64,000 bases of DNA, taken from IMG/VR virus record IMGVR_UViG_3300027766_000001. One strand, given 5' to 3'. Below, piece by piece: positions 47,609 to 56,776 of this stretch; within the stretch, counting starts at the first letter, position 1, and every line of letters starts with the position of its first letter. The notes under the pieces were generated by a model. It had not been told where the DNA came from. It did not search any database and saw only the letters and a program-made list of their open reading frames with translations. The translations under genes were made by a program, and so were the position numbers. This DNA comes from a virus. Its lineage: Duplodnaviria; Caudoviricetes.

Positions 47609-48014
47609 GTCTAACCAATAAATCAGGCACCACGACGAGATTCGGTGGAAGTTCAGCGTGACTGTCTAATGACGGTCTGCCAAACACCCGCACGAACCAG
47701 TACATGGGCCACCAATAACTTGCACCCAAGCCACAGCGCTGAATGTTCTTCTTGAACAGCCAGTCCGCATCGGCCTTTGTCCCGACGCCCCGAATTGCTA
47801 ACAGATACATGTAATCGTGCACAACACACGCTGGCAGGTATTTGTAGTAAGGTGGGAATAAGGACCATAACACACGAGGGATAGTACCGCCGTCAGTGAT
47901 TAACCCCTTCGGTACAATTACTTCCGGAGTTACATAATCTTCAGTCAGCTGGAAACGATCACGGTGATTCAAGTACAGCAATGGAATATTGGGTAACACA
48001 ACGTTATCTGACAT
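47601..48014 (-). CDS. DUF1353 domain protein
   Basis: IVPKG.ITDGG.IPR.LW...P......ACVVHDYMY...ADW.F...MY.FVR.FG pattern. Confidence 0.8.
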   Translation of the reverse strand: MSDNVVLPNIPLLYLNHRDRFQLTEDYVTPEVIVPKGLITDGGTIPRVLWSLFPPYYKYLPACVVHDYMYLLAIRGVGTKADADWLFKKNIQRCGLGASYWWPMYWFVRVFGRPSLDSHAELPPNLVVVPDLLVRPA

Positions 48015-48061
48015 GATCCATCCCCTATTCGTATTACATACCATTTTTAGGAGACCGCTCC

Positions 48062-48502
48062 ATGTCTACAGTTAAATTTGTCACTGACCGTATTTTAAAC
48101 GGTTTAGGTTCTAACCCGATCCATCACCAGTCTCTGTTAATTAATACCATCGAGGACTCATCTTTTGGGTCTGTCAGAGTTATCATGTTTATCATGCGTG
48201 TTGCCGACAACGATTTCAACGCAGAAATGTACGAACGTCGTATCCTGCAAGAGATGGAAGCAAAGCATATTTACGTGGCATTTCACAAGACACGTCGCCA
48301 CGAAGGTGAACGTCTTATCACGGTTGCTAAGGCACTGGAACCCAACCACCACAACTACACGCCAGGTAACCTTAAAGGGTTTACCAAGCTCTGGTTAATC
48401 AAAGCCACCGATGCTGAGCGTGCGGTTGCCGAGATTCGTCGTAAGCGTGCAGCTGAAGCACCACGGGCAGGCCGGGAGAGTATCACTATCGGTCGCCGTT
48501 AA
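48062..48502 (+). CDS. Hypothetical protein
   Basis: AGGAG SD. Confidence 0.75.
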   Translation: MSTVKFVTDRILNGLGSNPIHHQSLLINTIEDSSFGSVRVIMFIMRVADNDFNAEMYERRILQEMEAKHIYVAFHKTRRHEGERLITVAKALEPNHHNYTPGNLKGFTKLWLIKATDAERAVAEIRRKRAAEAPRAGRESITIGRR

Positions 48503-48510
48503 GGAGGGCT

Positions 48511-48669
48511 ATGTTTCTCATGATGATTGTTGTCGTGGTGGTAATGCTCGCAGCTGCTTACAAGCTGGCAGGGTGTTTCGATCTTAACCGCACGGCAACA
48601 ACGTTTCTCATTTTCCTGGTGATGCTGTTTATGCTCACCGCTTTTATCCGTGCTCTAATGTTTGTATAA
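48511..48669 (+). CDS. Small two-TM membrane protein (52 aa; not in ORF track)
   Basis: AAGGAGG SD; MFLMMIVVVVVMLAAAYKLAGCFDLNRTATTFLIFLVMLFMLTAFIRALMFV. Confidence 0.7.
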   Translation: MFLMMIVVVVVMLAAAYKLAGCFDLNRTATTFLIFLVMLFMLTAFIRALMFV

Positions 48670-48678
48670 GGACCTACT

Positions 48679-49260
48679 ATGCCGAACGTATCTGAAGTAA
48701 AGAGTAAAACCATTGGCGCAGCCGTGCTGAAGTTAATTGGTGGTGAGTCCATCACGATCTTCCAGCCAAACAAAGAACTCAAACTGGTTGATTTCATGGC
48801 ACCGCCAGCTATGGGTGATGACCTGCCAGGCTGGGGGTCGGCTATCATGCGTGTGAATGTGGATGACTTCCCCTCGAGTGTGTACGTAGAATTGGTTGAT
48901 GCACGCTGCCGTGAGTTGTTTGGGTTCGGTCTCAAACGCACCGGCAATAGTGTCGCCTTGACCAAACCGGTCAAGCCACGGGGTTATCACGATGGTTACT
49001 CTTACACCACCGACAAAGACGGTCGTATGATGCTCATCGGTGACTACGCGCATGAACTCAATGTGGTTTACATGAAGCTACTGGATGAGCCGATGGAATT
49101 GCGTCATCGTGATGATTACCAGTGTGTCCAGAACCGCTCAGCCATTATTTACGTGAATGACTTGCGTAAAATTGCTGAGTGGTGCGGTGACACTGTATCA
49201 ATCCATCAAGGCATGGTTCACATTACCCCTGCTTATACCGGTGAGGGGCGATCTGAATGA
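48679..49260 (+). CDS. Hypothetical protein
   Basis: AAGGA SD. Confidence 0.75.
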   Translation: MPNVSEVKSKTIGAAVLKLIGGESITIFQPNKELKLVDFMAPPAMGDDLPGWGSAIMRVNVDDFPSSVYVELVDARCRELFGFGLKRTGNSVALTKPVKPRGYHDGYSYTTDKDGRMMLIGDYAHELNVVYMKLLDEPMELRHRDDYQCVQNRSAIIYVNDLRKIAEWCGDTVSIHQGMVHITPAYTGEGRSE

Positions 49261-49793
49261 TGTTCACCATTCAACACATTGCCGCATTCGTCACGATGCT
49301 GTTGCGTGGGCCACCGCGTGAAGTACTCAACTGTGCCGAAGACAAACAGAAGATCATCGATGCGTTTAAAGCCAATCAGCTTTTTTACGCTGACGTAGGT
49401 GGTGTGTCATTTACGTCTGACATGCAAGCCCTCTGGGTGGACTCGGTGCAGTACCTGAACGAGGGTCGTGTGCCGCCTTTAGAGATCATGCTCAAGCACG
49501 AGTTCGTGGGGTTGTTTGCACACTGGTTCTGGACGACACTGCAACGTCTAGGTGAGGACGATTACTTCGCTACCCCACCGATGCATTATACCCAGGACGT
49601 CGTCGATGCAATGAATGCCAAGACGGTAGAAGAAGGTTGGCTGATTGCTTTCATCTTACCGTATCTGCATTACGAGCATGACCGTATCCTTGCTGAACGT
49701 ATCAAAATAGAAAAGGTGCTAAAGCGTGAGCCTGTAGCGCGCGCAGCATTTCCCTTCCTTGGTACTCTGTACCACAACAACGACCAGGAGTAG
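49257..49793 (+). CDS. Hypothetical protein
   Basis: ATGA overlap. Confidence 0.75.
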   Translation: MMFTIQHIAAFVTMLLRGPPREVLNCAEDKQKIIDAFKANQLFYADVGGVSFTSDMQALWVDSVQYLNEGRVPPLEIMLKHEFVGLFAHWFWTTLQRLGEDDYFATPPMHYTQDVVDAMNAKTVEEGWLIAFILPYLHYEHDRILAERIKIEKVLKREPVARAAFPFLGTLYHNNDQE

Positions 49794-49795
49794 CC

Positions 49796-49975
49796 ATGCT
49801 TTCGTTTGCGTTAGCATTTGTATTAATTGTGTTAGCCACTGCATTAGTGTTAAGTCGTATACTGGTGTCACGCCAATCCACCCGTAGCATGCTTGCCTGG
49901 ATCATTGTGTTGATGGCGATGATGGTGGGCTTTGGCATGTGGCTGGGTGAGTTAATGAATCTGCAGCTTTTGTAA
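49796..49975 (+). CDS. Small two-TM membrane protein (59 aa; not in ORF track)
   Basis: AGGAG SD; MLSFALAFVLIVLATALVLSRILVSRQSTRSMLAWIIVLMAMMVGFGMWLGELMNLQLL. Confidence 0.7.
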   Translation: MLSFALAFVLIVLATALVLSRILVSRQSTRSMLAWIIVLMAMMVGFGMWLGELMNLQLL

Positions 49976-49984
49976 TCCAGATAT

Positions 49985-50009
49985 TTTCACAGCTACATTA
50001 CTAAGGTGT
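49985..50009 (+). promoter_or_regulatory. Putative phage early promoter
   Basis: TTTCA-cag-CTACATTAC-taag-GTGT. Confidence 0.75.
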
Positions 50010-50051
50010 ATCTGTGTAAAATAATTAACCTTTACTTGTGAGGAACACCCT

Positions 50052-50270
50052 ATGACTCAGTTAATCGCTGCGGTAATGATCTTAGTATTTGCTGGTAGTT
50101 TCACCTGCTTCAGTTATACCAGCATGGGTTGGCGTTCGGTGCGTGATAACGACCGTCGCTACTCCGTTGCCTGGTGGTTTACCTCAGTCGGGGTAATCTG
50201 CACAATCATCGCCATTATGGCATTCGCTATGACCCTGCGCACTGCGTTAGGGCTACCACCGCACCCGTAA
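50052..50270 (+). CDS. Small two-TM early membrane protein
   Basis: GAGGA SD; first gene after promoter motif. Confidence 0.75.
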   Translation: MTQLIAAVMILVFAGSFTCFSYTSMGWRSVRDNDRRYSVAWWFTSVGVICTIIAIMAFAMTLRTALGLPPHP

Positions 50271-50342
50271 GCAGTCCCGTTGTAAACCTTAACATTCTTT
50301 ATACTTCATATACCTGTTAGACCAATAAACCGGAGAACCACC

Positions 50343-50930
50343 ATGACCACAACTACTACTACTACTTCAACTCAGACTACCGCTGACCAGAACAAAGCCG
50401 AACCGCATCTGCGTGACCTGTCTATCACTATCGACGGTCTGAACGCGCTGGACATTCAAGTCGGTGGTGCTGGCGCCTGGGCTCCTCGTCTGACGGTACA
50501 GCTGTCGGGTGACCAGGGTCTGGATGATAACACCAACGGTCGTAAAGTGTTCCTGAACGCAGCCGGCTTCCTGCGTGCTGCGCTGTTCAACGATGGCGTG
50601 ACCGTTGAGACCGACGGTCAGAAAGTGAACCACAACTTCGTACCGCACGCGAACATCAGCCGCGACGACCTCGACGCAGATATCAAGCGTGCCGTGTCGC
50701 TGGCTAATACTGCTATCGAAGGTCTGGAAGAAGCCTACCGCACCGCCGGTAATGGTCCGGACGAGCTGGTCTATGTGAACGGTTCGCTGCTCATCAAAAT
50801 CGCGCAGGTTGACTTCGACCTGGTAGAGAAAAAGCTCGGTCTGAAAGTCGACGGCAACAACATCTCTGTTGACGGCCTCGATGTGCGCAACACCACGGTC
50901 TTCCGTGATGGCGAGCAGCAGCCGCAGTAA
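50343..50930 (+). CDS. Hypothetical protein with poly-Thr N-terminus, likely highly expressed
   Basis: GGAG SD; MTTTTTTTSTQTT; strong codon bias; terminator at about 50934-50968. Confidence 0.8.
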   Translation: MTTTTTTTSTQTTADQNKAEPHLRDLSITIDGLNALDIQVGGAGAWAPRLTVQLSGDQGLDDNTNGRKVFLNAAGFLRAALFNDGVTVETDGQKVNHNFVPHANISRDDLDADIKRAVSLANTAIEGLEEAYRTAGNGPDELVYVNGSLLIKIAQVDFDLVEKKLGLKVDGNNISVDGLDVRNTTVFRDGEQQPQ

Positions 50931-50992
50931 GTCATAAGGCCTGGGTTCGTCCCAGGCTTTTTCTTTTATCCTTTACCCGTAGGAGTAGTGAA

Positions 50993-51268
50993 ATGGACAG
51001 AACGCAAAACACTAACGTAGAAAAGAAGTCGGTCGGATTAAGTGATGCCACACTACTTAACTATCAGATGCTGGAGCTGAGACAAGCAATTGGTGACTAT
51101 GACGTAATTATTCGTCAACTGTCTGACTCTGGATTGCGTAATCCTAAACGTGGTGCTGACCCTGATTTGTTAAGAGCACGTGACACGGTGCGTAAACGTA
51201 TCAGTGAACTGGCGTCACCCGCGTTGCTTTTAAAGCTTCTCGATTTGGCTGAGGTAAGTAGCAAATGA
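50993..51268 (+). CDS. Hypothetical helical protein
   Basis: AGGAG SD. Confidence 0.75.
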   Translation: MDRTQNTNVEKKSVGLSDATLLNYQMLELRQAIGDYDVIIRQLSDSGLRNPKRGADPDLLRARDTVRKRISELASPALLLKLLDLAEVSSK

Positions 51269-51597
51269 ACAACGCCGTTACCTTTAACGACTCTGCGTCG
51301 AAAGCGGTCAAGACCTTGCTGGACAACCTGGTGCTGGCCCGTGCGTCTGCTATCTCCCACGGTGGTCAGCCTAACCGGGCAATTCGCAATTGCTGTCGAG
51401 AGATCGTGAACGCCCGTAAAGAACCTGAGCAGGTGTTGGCGGTTGCACGTCACATTGCCAACAAGCATCTGTGTGAGCACGAGCTTTTGAAAGTGGTTGA
51501 AACATTTAACCAACTCGCAACCGGTGAACTGGAAGTGGTCATTGAAGGTGTGTTACATACACCGACCAAAGACGCCCCACAGATCATCGGATCTTGA
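51265..51597 (+). CDS. Hypothetical helical protein
   Basis: GAGG SD; overlaps upstream stop. Confidence 0.75.
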   Translation: MNNAVTFNDSASKAVKTLLDNLVLARASAISHGGQPNRAIRNCCREIVNARKEPEQVLAVARHIANKHLCEHELLKVVETFNQLATGELEVVIEGVLHTPTKDAPQIIGS

Positions 51598-51608
51598 TAT
51601 GTTATACG

Positions 51609-51636
51609 TGAGGAACTTCGGTTCCTCTTTTTTTTT
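51609..51636 (+). terminator. Intrinsic terminator with UUCG loop
   Basis: GAGGAAC-TTCG-GTTCCTC then T tract. Confidence 0.85.
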
Positions 51637-51652
51637 GTTTAAGGAATCCACT

Positions 51653-52315
51653 ATGACTGACGTAACCAAGCCTGTGTTTAAACAGGAGCTCTTCACCCAG
51701 GTGTTCATCAACGGCGCACGCTTTGACCCAATCAGCGTTGGTCTGAGCGACCAAACCCAGCGCGATGATAATCCTGAGCAGCTGGATTTCGTTAAAGCGG
51801 TTGAGCTGCTGAGAAGTGCCTACGTGCATCGTCACAATCCTGTGCGTGACAAACTGATCATCATGGGTATGCTCGACACCATCATGGCTGAGCTGCCGAC
51901 GGGTAACTTGAACTATAACCGCAGTATCTCACTGGGTGATGTGGTCCTGCATTACGGTGTGGCGCTGCGTAAAGCCCCGCCGGCCAATGTTATACCAGAT
52001 GAAGTTAAACCGGAACGTAAGCGCGGTGAAATCCCAGGCATCATTCCAGCTAATGAGTTTGGTGAAACGCTTACCGACGACATCCCCTGGGATCCGGTTC
52101 AGGCCGAACACGAAGCTGTACTCCAGCAACAATACGAAAGAGAGGAAAAAGAAATGTCAGGTAACACCCCTGCCGCTGATGGCGATTTTAACATCGATGC
52201 ACTGAGCGCACTGGATCTGGAAGCAGCTGAGAAAGTTGCCGAAGAGAAACAAGCCGGTGGTGGCGAAGTCGTTGAAGCCTCTAACGAGTGCGATGGCGGC
52301 GGTTGCAAGATCTAA
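51653..52315 (+). CDS. Hypothetical protein ending in an NrdA-type redox tail (ECDGGGCKI)
   Basis: AAGGA SD before ATG 51653; acidic flexible C-terminus with CX4C-KI-COOH. Confidence 0.75.
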   Translation: MTDVTKPVFKQELFTQVFINGARFDPISVGLSDQTQRDDNPEQLDFVKAVELLRSAYVHRHNPVRDKLIIMGMLDTIMAELPTGNLNYNRSISLGDVVLHYGVALRKAPPANVIPDEVKPERKRGEIPGIIPANEFGETLTDDIPWDPVQAEHEAVLQQQYEREEKEMSGNTPAADGDFNIDALSALDLEAAEKVAEEKQAGGGEVVEASNECDGGGCKI

Positions 52316-52319
52316 ACAT

Positions 52320-52351
52320 ACGGGCCAGACTTCGGTCTGGCTCTTATGCCG
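52320..52351 (+). terminator. Intrinsic terminator with UUCG loop and TTATGCCG tail
   Basis: GGGCCAGAC-TTCG-GTCTGGCTC-TTATGCCG. Confidence 0.8.
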
Positions 52352-52409
52352 GTCAATGGTATGAACACTACGTTCACTACACTTAACTTGTTTACTAAGC
52401 GGAGACATC

Positions 52410-54317
52410 ATGGCCGAGAATAGCACTGTATTGCAAATTCAGGATATCGCTGATGCTGGCGGTAAAGTTGTGTTTCTGGACAGCGCAGGTGAGCTGAAAA
52501 GCTTTGCCTTGTCCCAGATCACGGATCTTCTGAAAAACAATCTGTCTGCTGATTCGTTAGCGTCCAGCGATGCCCTGAGTATGATTGGCCAGGTCGAGTC
52601 CTTTGCGGCTCTGCGTCAATTGAAGCCCAAGAAAGACGGTATGCGTGTTTCTCTTAAAGGGTGGAACGCCGGCTCTACCGAAGGTGGTGGAGAGTTCGTT
52701 GGTTACCTTAGTAAAGGGACTGACGATGGCGGGATGGTGGCAGCTGGGAATGGTTTCCGGTGGGTCCGTGCTTGTCACGATGTTAACACTATCAACGTCA
52801 CGCATTTTGGGGCGAAGATGGATGGGGTGACTGATACGGCAGCCGCGGCTATTGCCATGTACAACTGGAGTGTGAAGAACATGCAAGGCGTGGGTATTCG
52901 TTACCCAGCTGGGGTATGCTTCATTTCTCAGATTAAATTCCCTAATGAACTCAACCTGTTTAAACTCACTGGCGGTCAGACTAACTTCGGTTATCTGAGC
53001 AGCACCATTGTTTACACCGACACCAATAGCAACTTCATCGTTGATATTGCGGCCCGTAAAGTGGAGCTGGCTAACTTTATCTTCCGGGGCAAGGCAACTG
53101 AAGCAACTCCGGATACTAAAGGCGTCTACAACAACAGCATCATCGGCGGTCAGTTCTTTAACATGACCTCTGTGCGTTTTGAACAGATCGGCGGCACCTG
53201 CGTTCAACTGGTCGATACTCTGGATACCAAATTGCATCAGTGGTATGCCTCTGAGTGTCGCGGTGACGTGATTGCGTCTAAATGGTCTGGTCGTGCTGCG
53301 GGTGTGTGGGATCACTCCACTGCCATCGACATGAGCAACTTCAACGTACAGAAATGTGTGGGTGGTAAAGTCTTTAACTTGCCACGTTGCACACAGTCCT
53401 TTATTACCAACGGGTGGATCGAGCACACCGAATTCCCTGGCGATATCTCCAACGGACAATGGATCATTAACGGTTTCAACATGGAAGATTGTAAGAACCC
53501 ACTCAAGGCAACTTACTCTCGTCTGATTGAAAATCAAACGGGCCTGCAGTCAGGCTCTTCTATTGATTACTCCGATGATCCAAATGTCGTTGAATGGCTG
53601 AGCCAGTGGGAGCGTGGTCGAATCGATATCAGCAACCACGGTATTTATATCAACGGTACGCTGGAACCTGGCTCAATGTTGTCTCGCAACAAAATGGGCA
53701 ACAGCGGTGATACGCCGAAGTGGTTCCGTGTGGGTCGCTGGTTCTCGCCGGAAGAAGGTGACCAGCTGGACATCAACATGATTGGCTGCGGTAACTTCCT
53801 GTCGGAAAGCCCTAACCTGAATGACGTTGACGACTCGCGTCAGGGTGGCGGTAATACCCTGATTCGTGTACAGCTCAAGAAGAACGGTGCCATTGGCGGA
53901 ACGCTGATGCCGTGCGGTTCTTCTCCTATCCTGGCAGCGAAGCTGATTAAGGTGAGCGGTGGATCATTTGTGTTGTACGTGCAGCTGAAAGGCTATACGC
54001 GCAACGTGATCCCAATGATCACAGCAACGGGTAAGACGCGCGCTGAAGCTGGTGTGTGTTATTATTTCCGTCCGGACGTCGCAGCGGTAACTGAAGCTGA
54101 GATCGCAGCACAGGAAACTGAACAGAACAAAGTTCAGACTATCTCTGAGCAGTGGTCGATGGGTCAGAAGGCAGGCGTTGGTGCAACTAACGAAGGTCAT
54201 CTGTTGCTGAAAGGTCAGATCAAGAATGATCACCTGGCGGTACGTGTTCTGGTAAGCTCTGCAGCATGGGCGAAGTCAGAAATCCGTTACATCCAGCTGA
54301 AGAAAGACGCAGTGTAA
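52410..54317 (+). CDS. Tailspike / polysaccharide depolymerase (parallel beta-helix)
   Basis: LRQLKP...GGGEFV...DDGG...RWVR module and INVTHFGAKMDGVTD pectate-lyase-3-like start; Asn/Gly/Thr-rich repeats. Confidence 0.75.
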   Translation: MAENSTVLQIQDIADAGGKVVFLDSAGELKSFALSQITDLLKNNLSADSLASSDALSMIGQVESFAALRQLKPKKDGMRVSLKGWNAGSTEGGGEFVGYLSKGTDDGGMVAAGNGFRWVRACHDVNTINVTHFGAKMDGVTDTAAAAIAMYNWSVKNMQGVGIRYPAGVCFISQIKFPNELNLFKLTGGQTNFGYLSSTIVYTDTNSNFIVDIAARKVELANFIFRGKATEATPDTKGVYNNSIIGGQFFNMTSVRFEQIGGTCVQLVDTLDTKLHQWYASECRGDVIASKWSGRAAGVWDHSTAIDMSNFNVQKCVGGKVFNLPRCTQSFITNGWIEHTEFPGDISNGQWIINGFNMEDCKNPLKATYSRLIENQTGLQSGSSIDYSDDPNVVEWLSQWERGRIDISNHGIYINGTLEPGSMLSRNKMGNSGDTPKWFRVGRWFSPEEGDQLDINMIGCGNFLSESPNLNDVDDSRQGGGNTLIRVQLKKNGAIGGTLMPCGSSPILAAKLIKVSGGSFVLYVQLKGYTRNVIPMITATGKTRAEAGVCYYFRPDVAAVTEAEIAAQETEQNKVQTISEQWSMGQKAGVGATNEGHLLLKGQIKNDHLAVRVLVSSAAWAKSEIRYIQLKKDAV

Positions 54318-54320
54318 TAT

Positions 54321-54351
54321 AAGGCGGGACTTCGGTCCCGCTTTTATGCCG
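54321..54351 (+). terminator. Intrinsic terminator with UUCG loop and TTATGCCG tail
   Basis: AAGGCGGGAC-TTCG-GTCCCGCTTT-TATGCCG. Confidence 0.8.
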
Positions 54352-54455
54352 CCATGTTATGTCTTACGGCAAGGTAAGTCGAGGGAAGTGAAATGTTCGA
54401 AACAATAATAAACTACTTGTATCATAAGTTCGCTAATAAAAGTGGGGATGTAAAA

Positions 54456-54905
54456 ATGACAGACGTAGTCGCTGAAGGTCAAGGTGTCGTTGCAGCACCT
54501 GCGGTAGATCCAACACCTACTCCGGTAGGTCAGGCGGTCGTGCGTGCAGAAGTGACAGCAGAGGTGAAACCTGCTTCACTGCTGGAAACAGTAGAAGGTG
54601 TTGCGGAGTCAGTGGTTAATGAAGTAAAAGCTGATGTGACCGCCGTCATCAAAGGCGTAGAAGACAAGATCGCTGAGGTCTTGACGGAACGCGCCGACAA
54701 ACTGCTGGATGCGGTAAAAGAACTGCTGGCAACCGCGGGTCATGACCTGGGTCCGGTGTTTGATGATGCCGCAGCTCTGGCTAAGGCGTTCTCGTCTAAC
54801 GACGATGAAGCAGCCGACAAAGTCCTCAATATCCTGAAGGTTGCCGGTCACGAGTTCGGTAACAAAGGTGTCGGTATTCTGGCGTTTGTCAAGAAGCACC
54901 TGTAA
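54456..54905 (+). CDS. Hypothetical helical protein with internal AGH(D/E) repeat
   Basis: GGGGA SD before ATG 54456; ADKLLDAVKELLATAGHDLG / ADKVLNILKVAGHEFG. Confidence 0.7.
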   Translation: MTDVVAEGQGVVAAPAVDPTPTPVGQAVVRAEVTAEVKPASLLETVEGVAESVVNEVKADVTAVIKGVEDKIAEVLTERADKLLDAVKELLATAGHDLGPVFDDAAALAKAFSSNDDEAADKVLNILKVAGHEFGNKGVGILAFVKKHL

Positions 54906-54910
54906 GCAAT

Positions 54911-54940
54911 AGGGCAGACTTCGGTCTGCCTTTTATGCCG
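54911..54940 (+). terminator. Intrinsic terminator with UUCG loop and TTATGCCG tail
   Basis: AGGGCAGAC-TTCG-GTCTGCCTT-TTATGCCG. Confidence 0.8.
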
Positions 54941-54983
54941 ATTGATGATATGTATCATCACTTGAACACGGGGTTCATGCATC

Positions 54984-55943
54984 ATGATAGAGGCCATTTT
55001 ATTCGGTGGTAGCAGTAAAGTGCTGCTCCGCTATTCCGGTCCGGGTAACAAACAGCTTGTGGCTGGCGACAAACACAATGGCTGGCTTGGACTGATCGAC
55101 ACAGCGTTGATGCCAACCTTACAGCAAGTGGCTGCGAACGCCGGCTTGACAGTAGGGGCTTACGGTGGCACAACCAACACACCGCCCTTCTGGTTGAAAG
55201 CGGTGATCAATGACAAGTTTATTTTTGTCCCCAACGGTCCGTGGTCGACGACTGTCAATTGGGCACAGCTTTATAATGCAGGATTGGTATACGGGACCGA
55301 TGACACGGGCCCCGGCAAGCCGCTTAATTTAACGGGCGTCAATCAGCTGAACTACTTTGAATGGAAGGCGCCTGATGGGTCGTCGTGGTTATTCAAAGTC
55401 CGTTTACTGCAAGACAACGTTCCGGTCTCTGTGGGTGCAACTTCTGAAGTCACCACAACCACCATACAAAGCTCTGAACAGTTTACCTTGTTCAGCCATC
55501 TTTTCCGTGGGGGTCAGCCTGTCGATAACATTAAATGGGATGACTTGACCAACACTGCAGGACTTTACCCATTCCAGACGTTTGGTCAGACGGTTGCCAG
55601 TAACGGTTACATTCACACTTTTACAAGTAACGGTCAACCTGACGCGGGATACTTCTACGCCCCAACAGGTGTGTCCTTGGTTTGGTTACCTGTGCTGGAA
55701 GTGGTAAGTCCTGAGGATAACCTGATCTTTGCGTTGAGTGTCCAAAGCACACGATCGCAAGCAATACCTGTTGCGGCAACTGCAACCTCAATCAAGTATC
55801 AGGTTGCACAGGACGTAGCAGGGTTAGGCACACCCGCCCAACCGGTCTCGCCTTCGTTCTCTTCATCGACGCTGGCTGCACCTGGTGACTTTAGAGCAAC
55901 CAATGCCAACATGTATTCTGTGGCACCTACAGCGAGTAAATAA
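54984..55943 (+). CDS. Putative virion/tail-associated protein (paralogue family)
   Basis: GPGNKQLVAG...GWLG domain shared with the next two genes. Confidence 0.6.
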   Translation: MIEAILFGGSSKVLLRYSGPGNKQLVAGDKHNGWLGLIDTALMPTLQQVAANAGLTVGAYGGTTNTPPFWLKAVINDKFIFVPNGPWSTTVNWAQLYNAGLVYGTDDTGPGKPLNLTGVNQLNYFEWKAPDGSSWLFKVRLLQDNVPVSVGATSEVTTTTIQSSEQFTLFSHLFRGGQPVDNIKWDDLTNTAGLYPFQTFGQTVASNGYIHTFTSNGQPDAGYFYAPTGVSLVWLPVLEVVSPEDNLIFALSVQSTRSQAIPVAATATSIKYQVAQDVAGLGTPAQPVSPSFSSSTLAAPGDFRATNANMYSVAPTASK

Positions 55944-55945
55944 TC

Positions 55946-56773
55946 ATGTTCATTAATCTGGCTTGGACCAATGCCAACATTGGCTCCGTTACCACGAATA
56001 TCTACCGTGGCACCGCAGAGCTCGATCGTAAGAATCTCGGTACTCCGCTGGCAACGTTAACCAACGGTGAAACCACCTATAAAGACAGTAACGTTACCCT
56101 GGGCACAACTTACTATTACGTGATTGAGTTTGTCTCAGGTGGTACCAAGGTCACCACCCGTAACTTCCCACTGGTAGCGCAATACGTACGTGGCCACGGC
56201 AACCCTACTATCGTCTTAGGGAGCGATGCGTACGGCTTCATTGACTACGTGTCACTGGGTCGCATCACTTCGCTGTTAACCCAACTGGGAATGCCAACCA
56301 CTGGCATTGCGGACGGTTTGGTACCACAGGGCATTAAGTTCTCCTACAATGGCAAGGTAGTAATCGCCACCCAATTCGCTGCAAGTGCTATTGCCAGTGT
56401 TAACTCGTCATTCACCCCACTGCTGAATAATGCTGACGGTGTGCAGGTGACCATTGACGGCTTTAAGTACATCGTGCGGTTACCCAAAGGCATGCCAGCA
56501 AGTTGGGACAACGCCAGTCGCCCAACCACGGCAATGGATTGGGATACTGACTTTATTAAACTGTGCCTGTGTCAGTATAACCAGCTGGTGCCAAATGACG
56601 CTGAGACATTGGGTAAGTTGAATAGCTTGTCCAAGAACTCAACAGTGATCTTCCGTGAAACCAACGGCGGATATATCTGTACACGCAACGTGTCAACCAG
56701 TGCACCCAGCTGGCCTACGGTTGGCAACAACGTAACTGGTAACGTCTTCTTATTGTTTGAACTGGTGGAATAA
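55946..56773 (+). CDS. Putative virion/tail-associated protein with N-terminal FN3-like domain
   Basis: NLAWTN...NIYRG...YKD...YYY pattern, then GHGN.TIVLG...GF domain. Confidence 0.6.
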   Translation: MFINLAWTNANIGSVTTNIYRGTAELDRKNLGTPLATLTNGETTYKDSNVTLGTTYYYVIEFVSGGTKVTTRNFPLVAQYVRGHGNPTIVLGSDAYGFIDYVSLGRITSLLTQLGMPTTGIADGLVPQGIKFSYNGKVVIATQFAASAIASVNSSFTPLLNNADGVQVTIDGFKYIVRLPKGMPASWDNASRPTTAMDWDTDFIKLCLCQYNQLVPNDAETLGKLNSLSKNSTVIFRETNGGYICTRNVSTSAPSWPTVGNNVTGNVFLLFELVE

Positions 56774-56776
56774 CCC

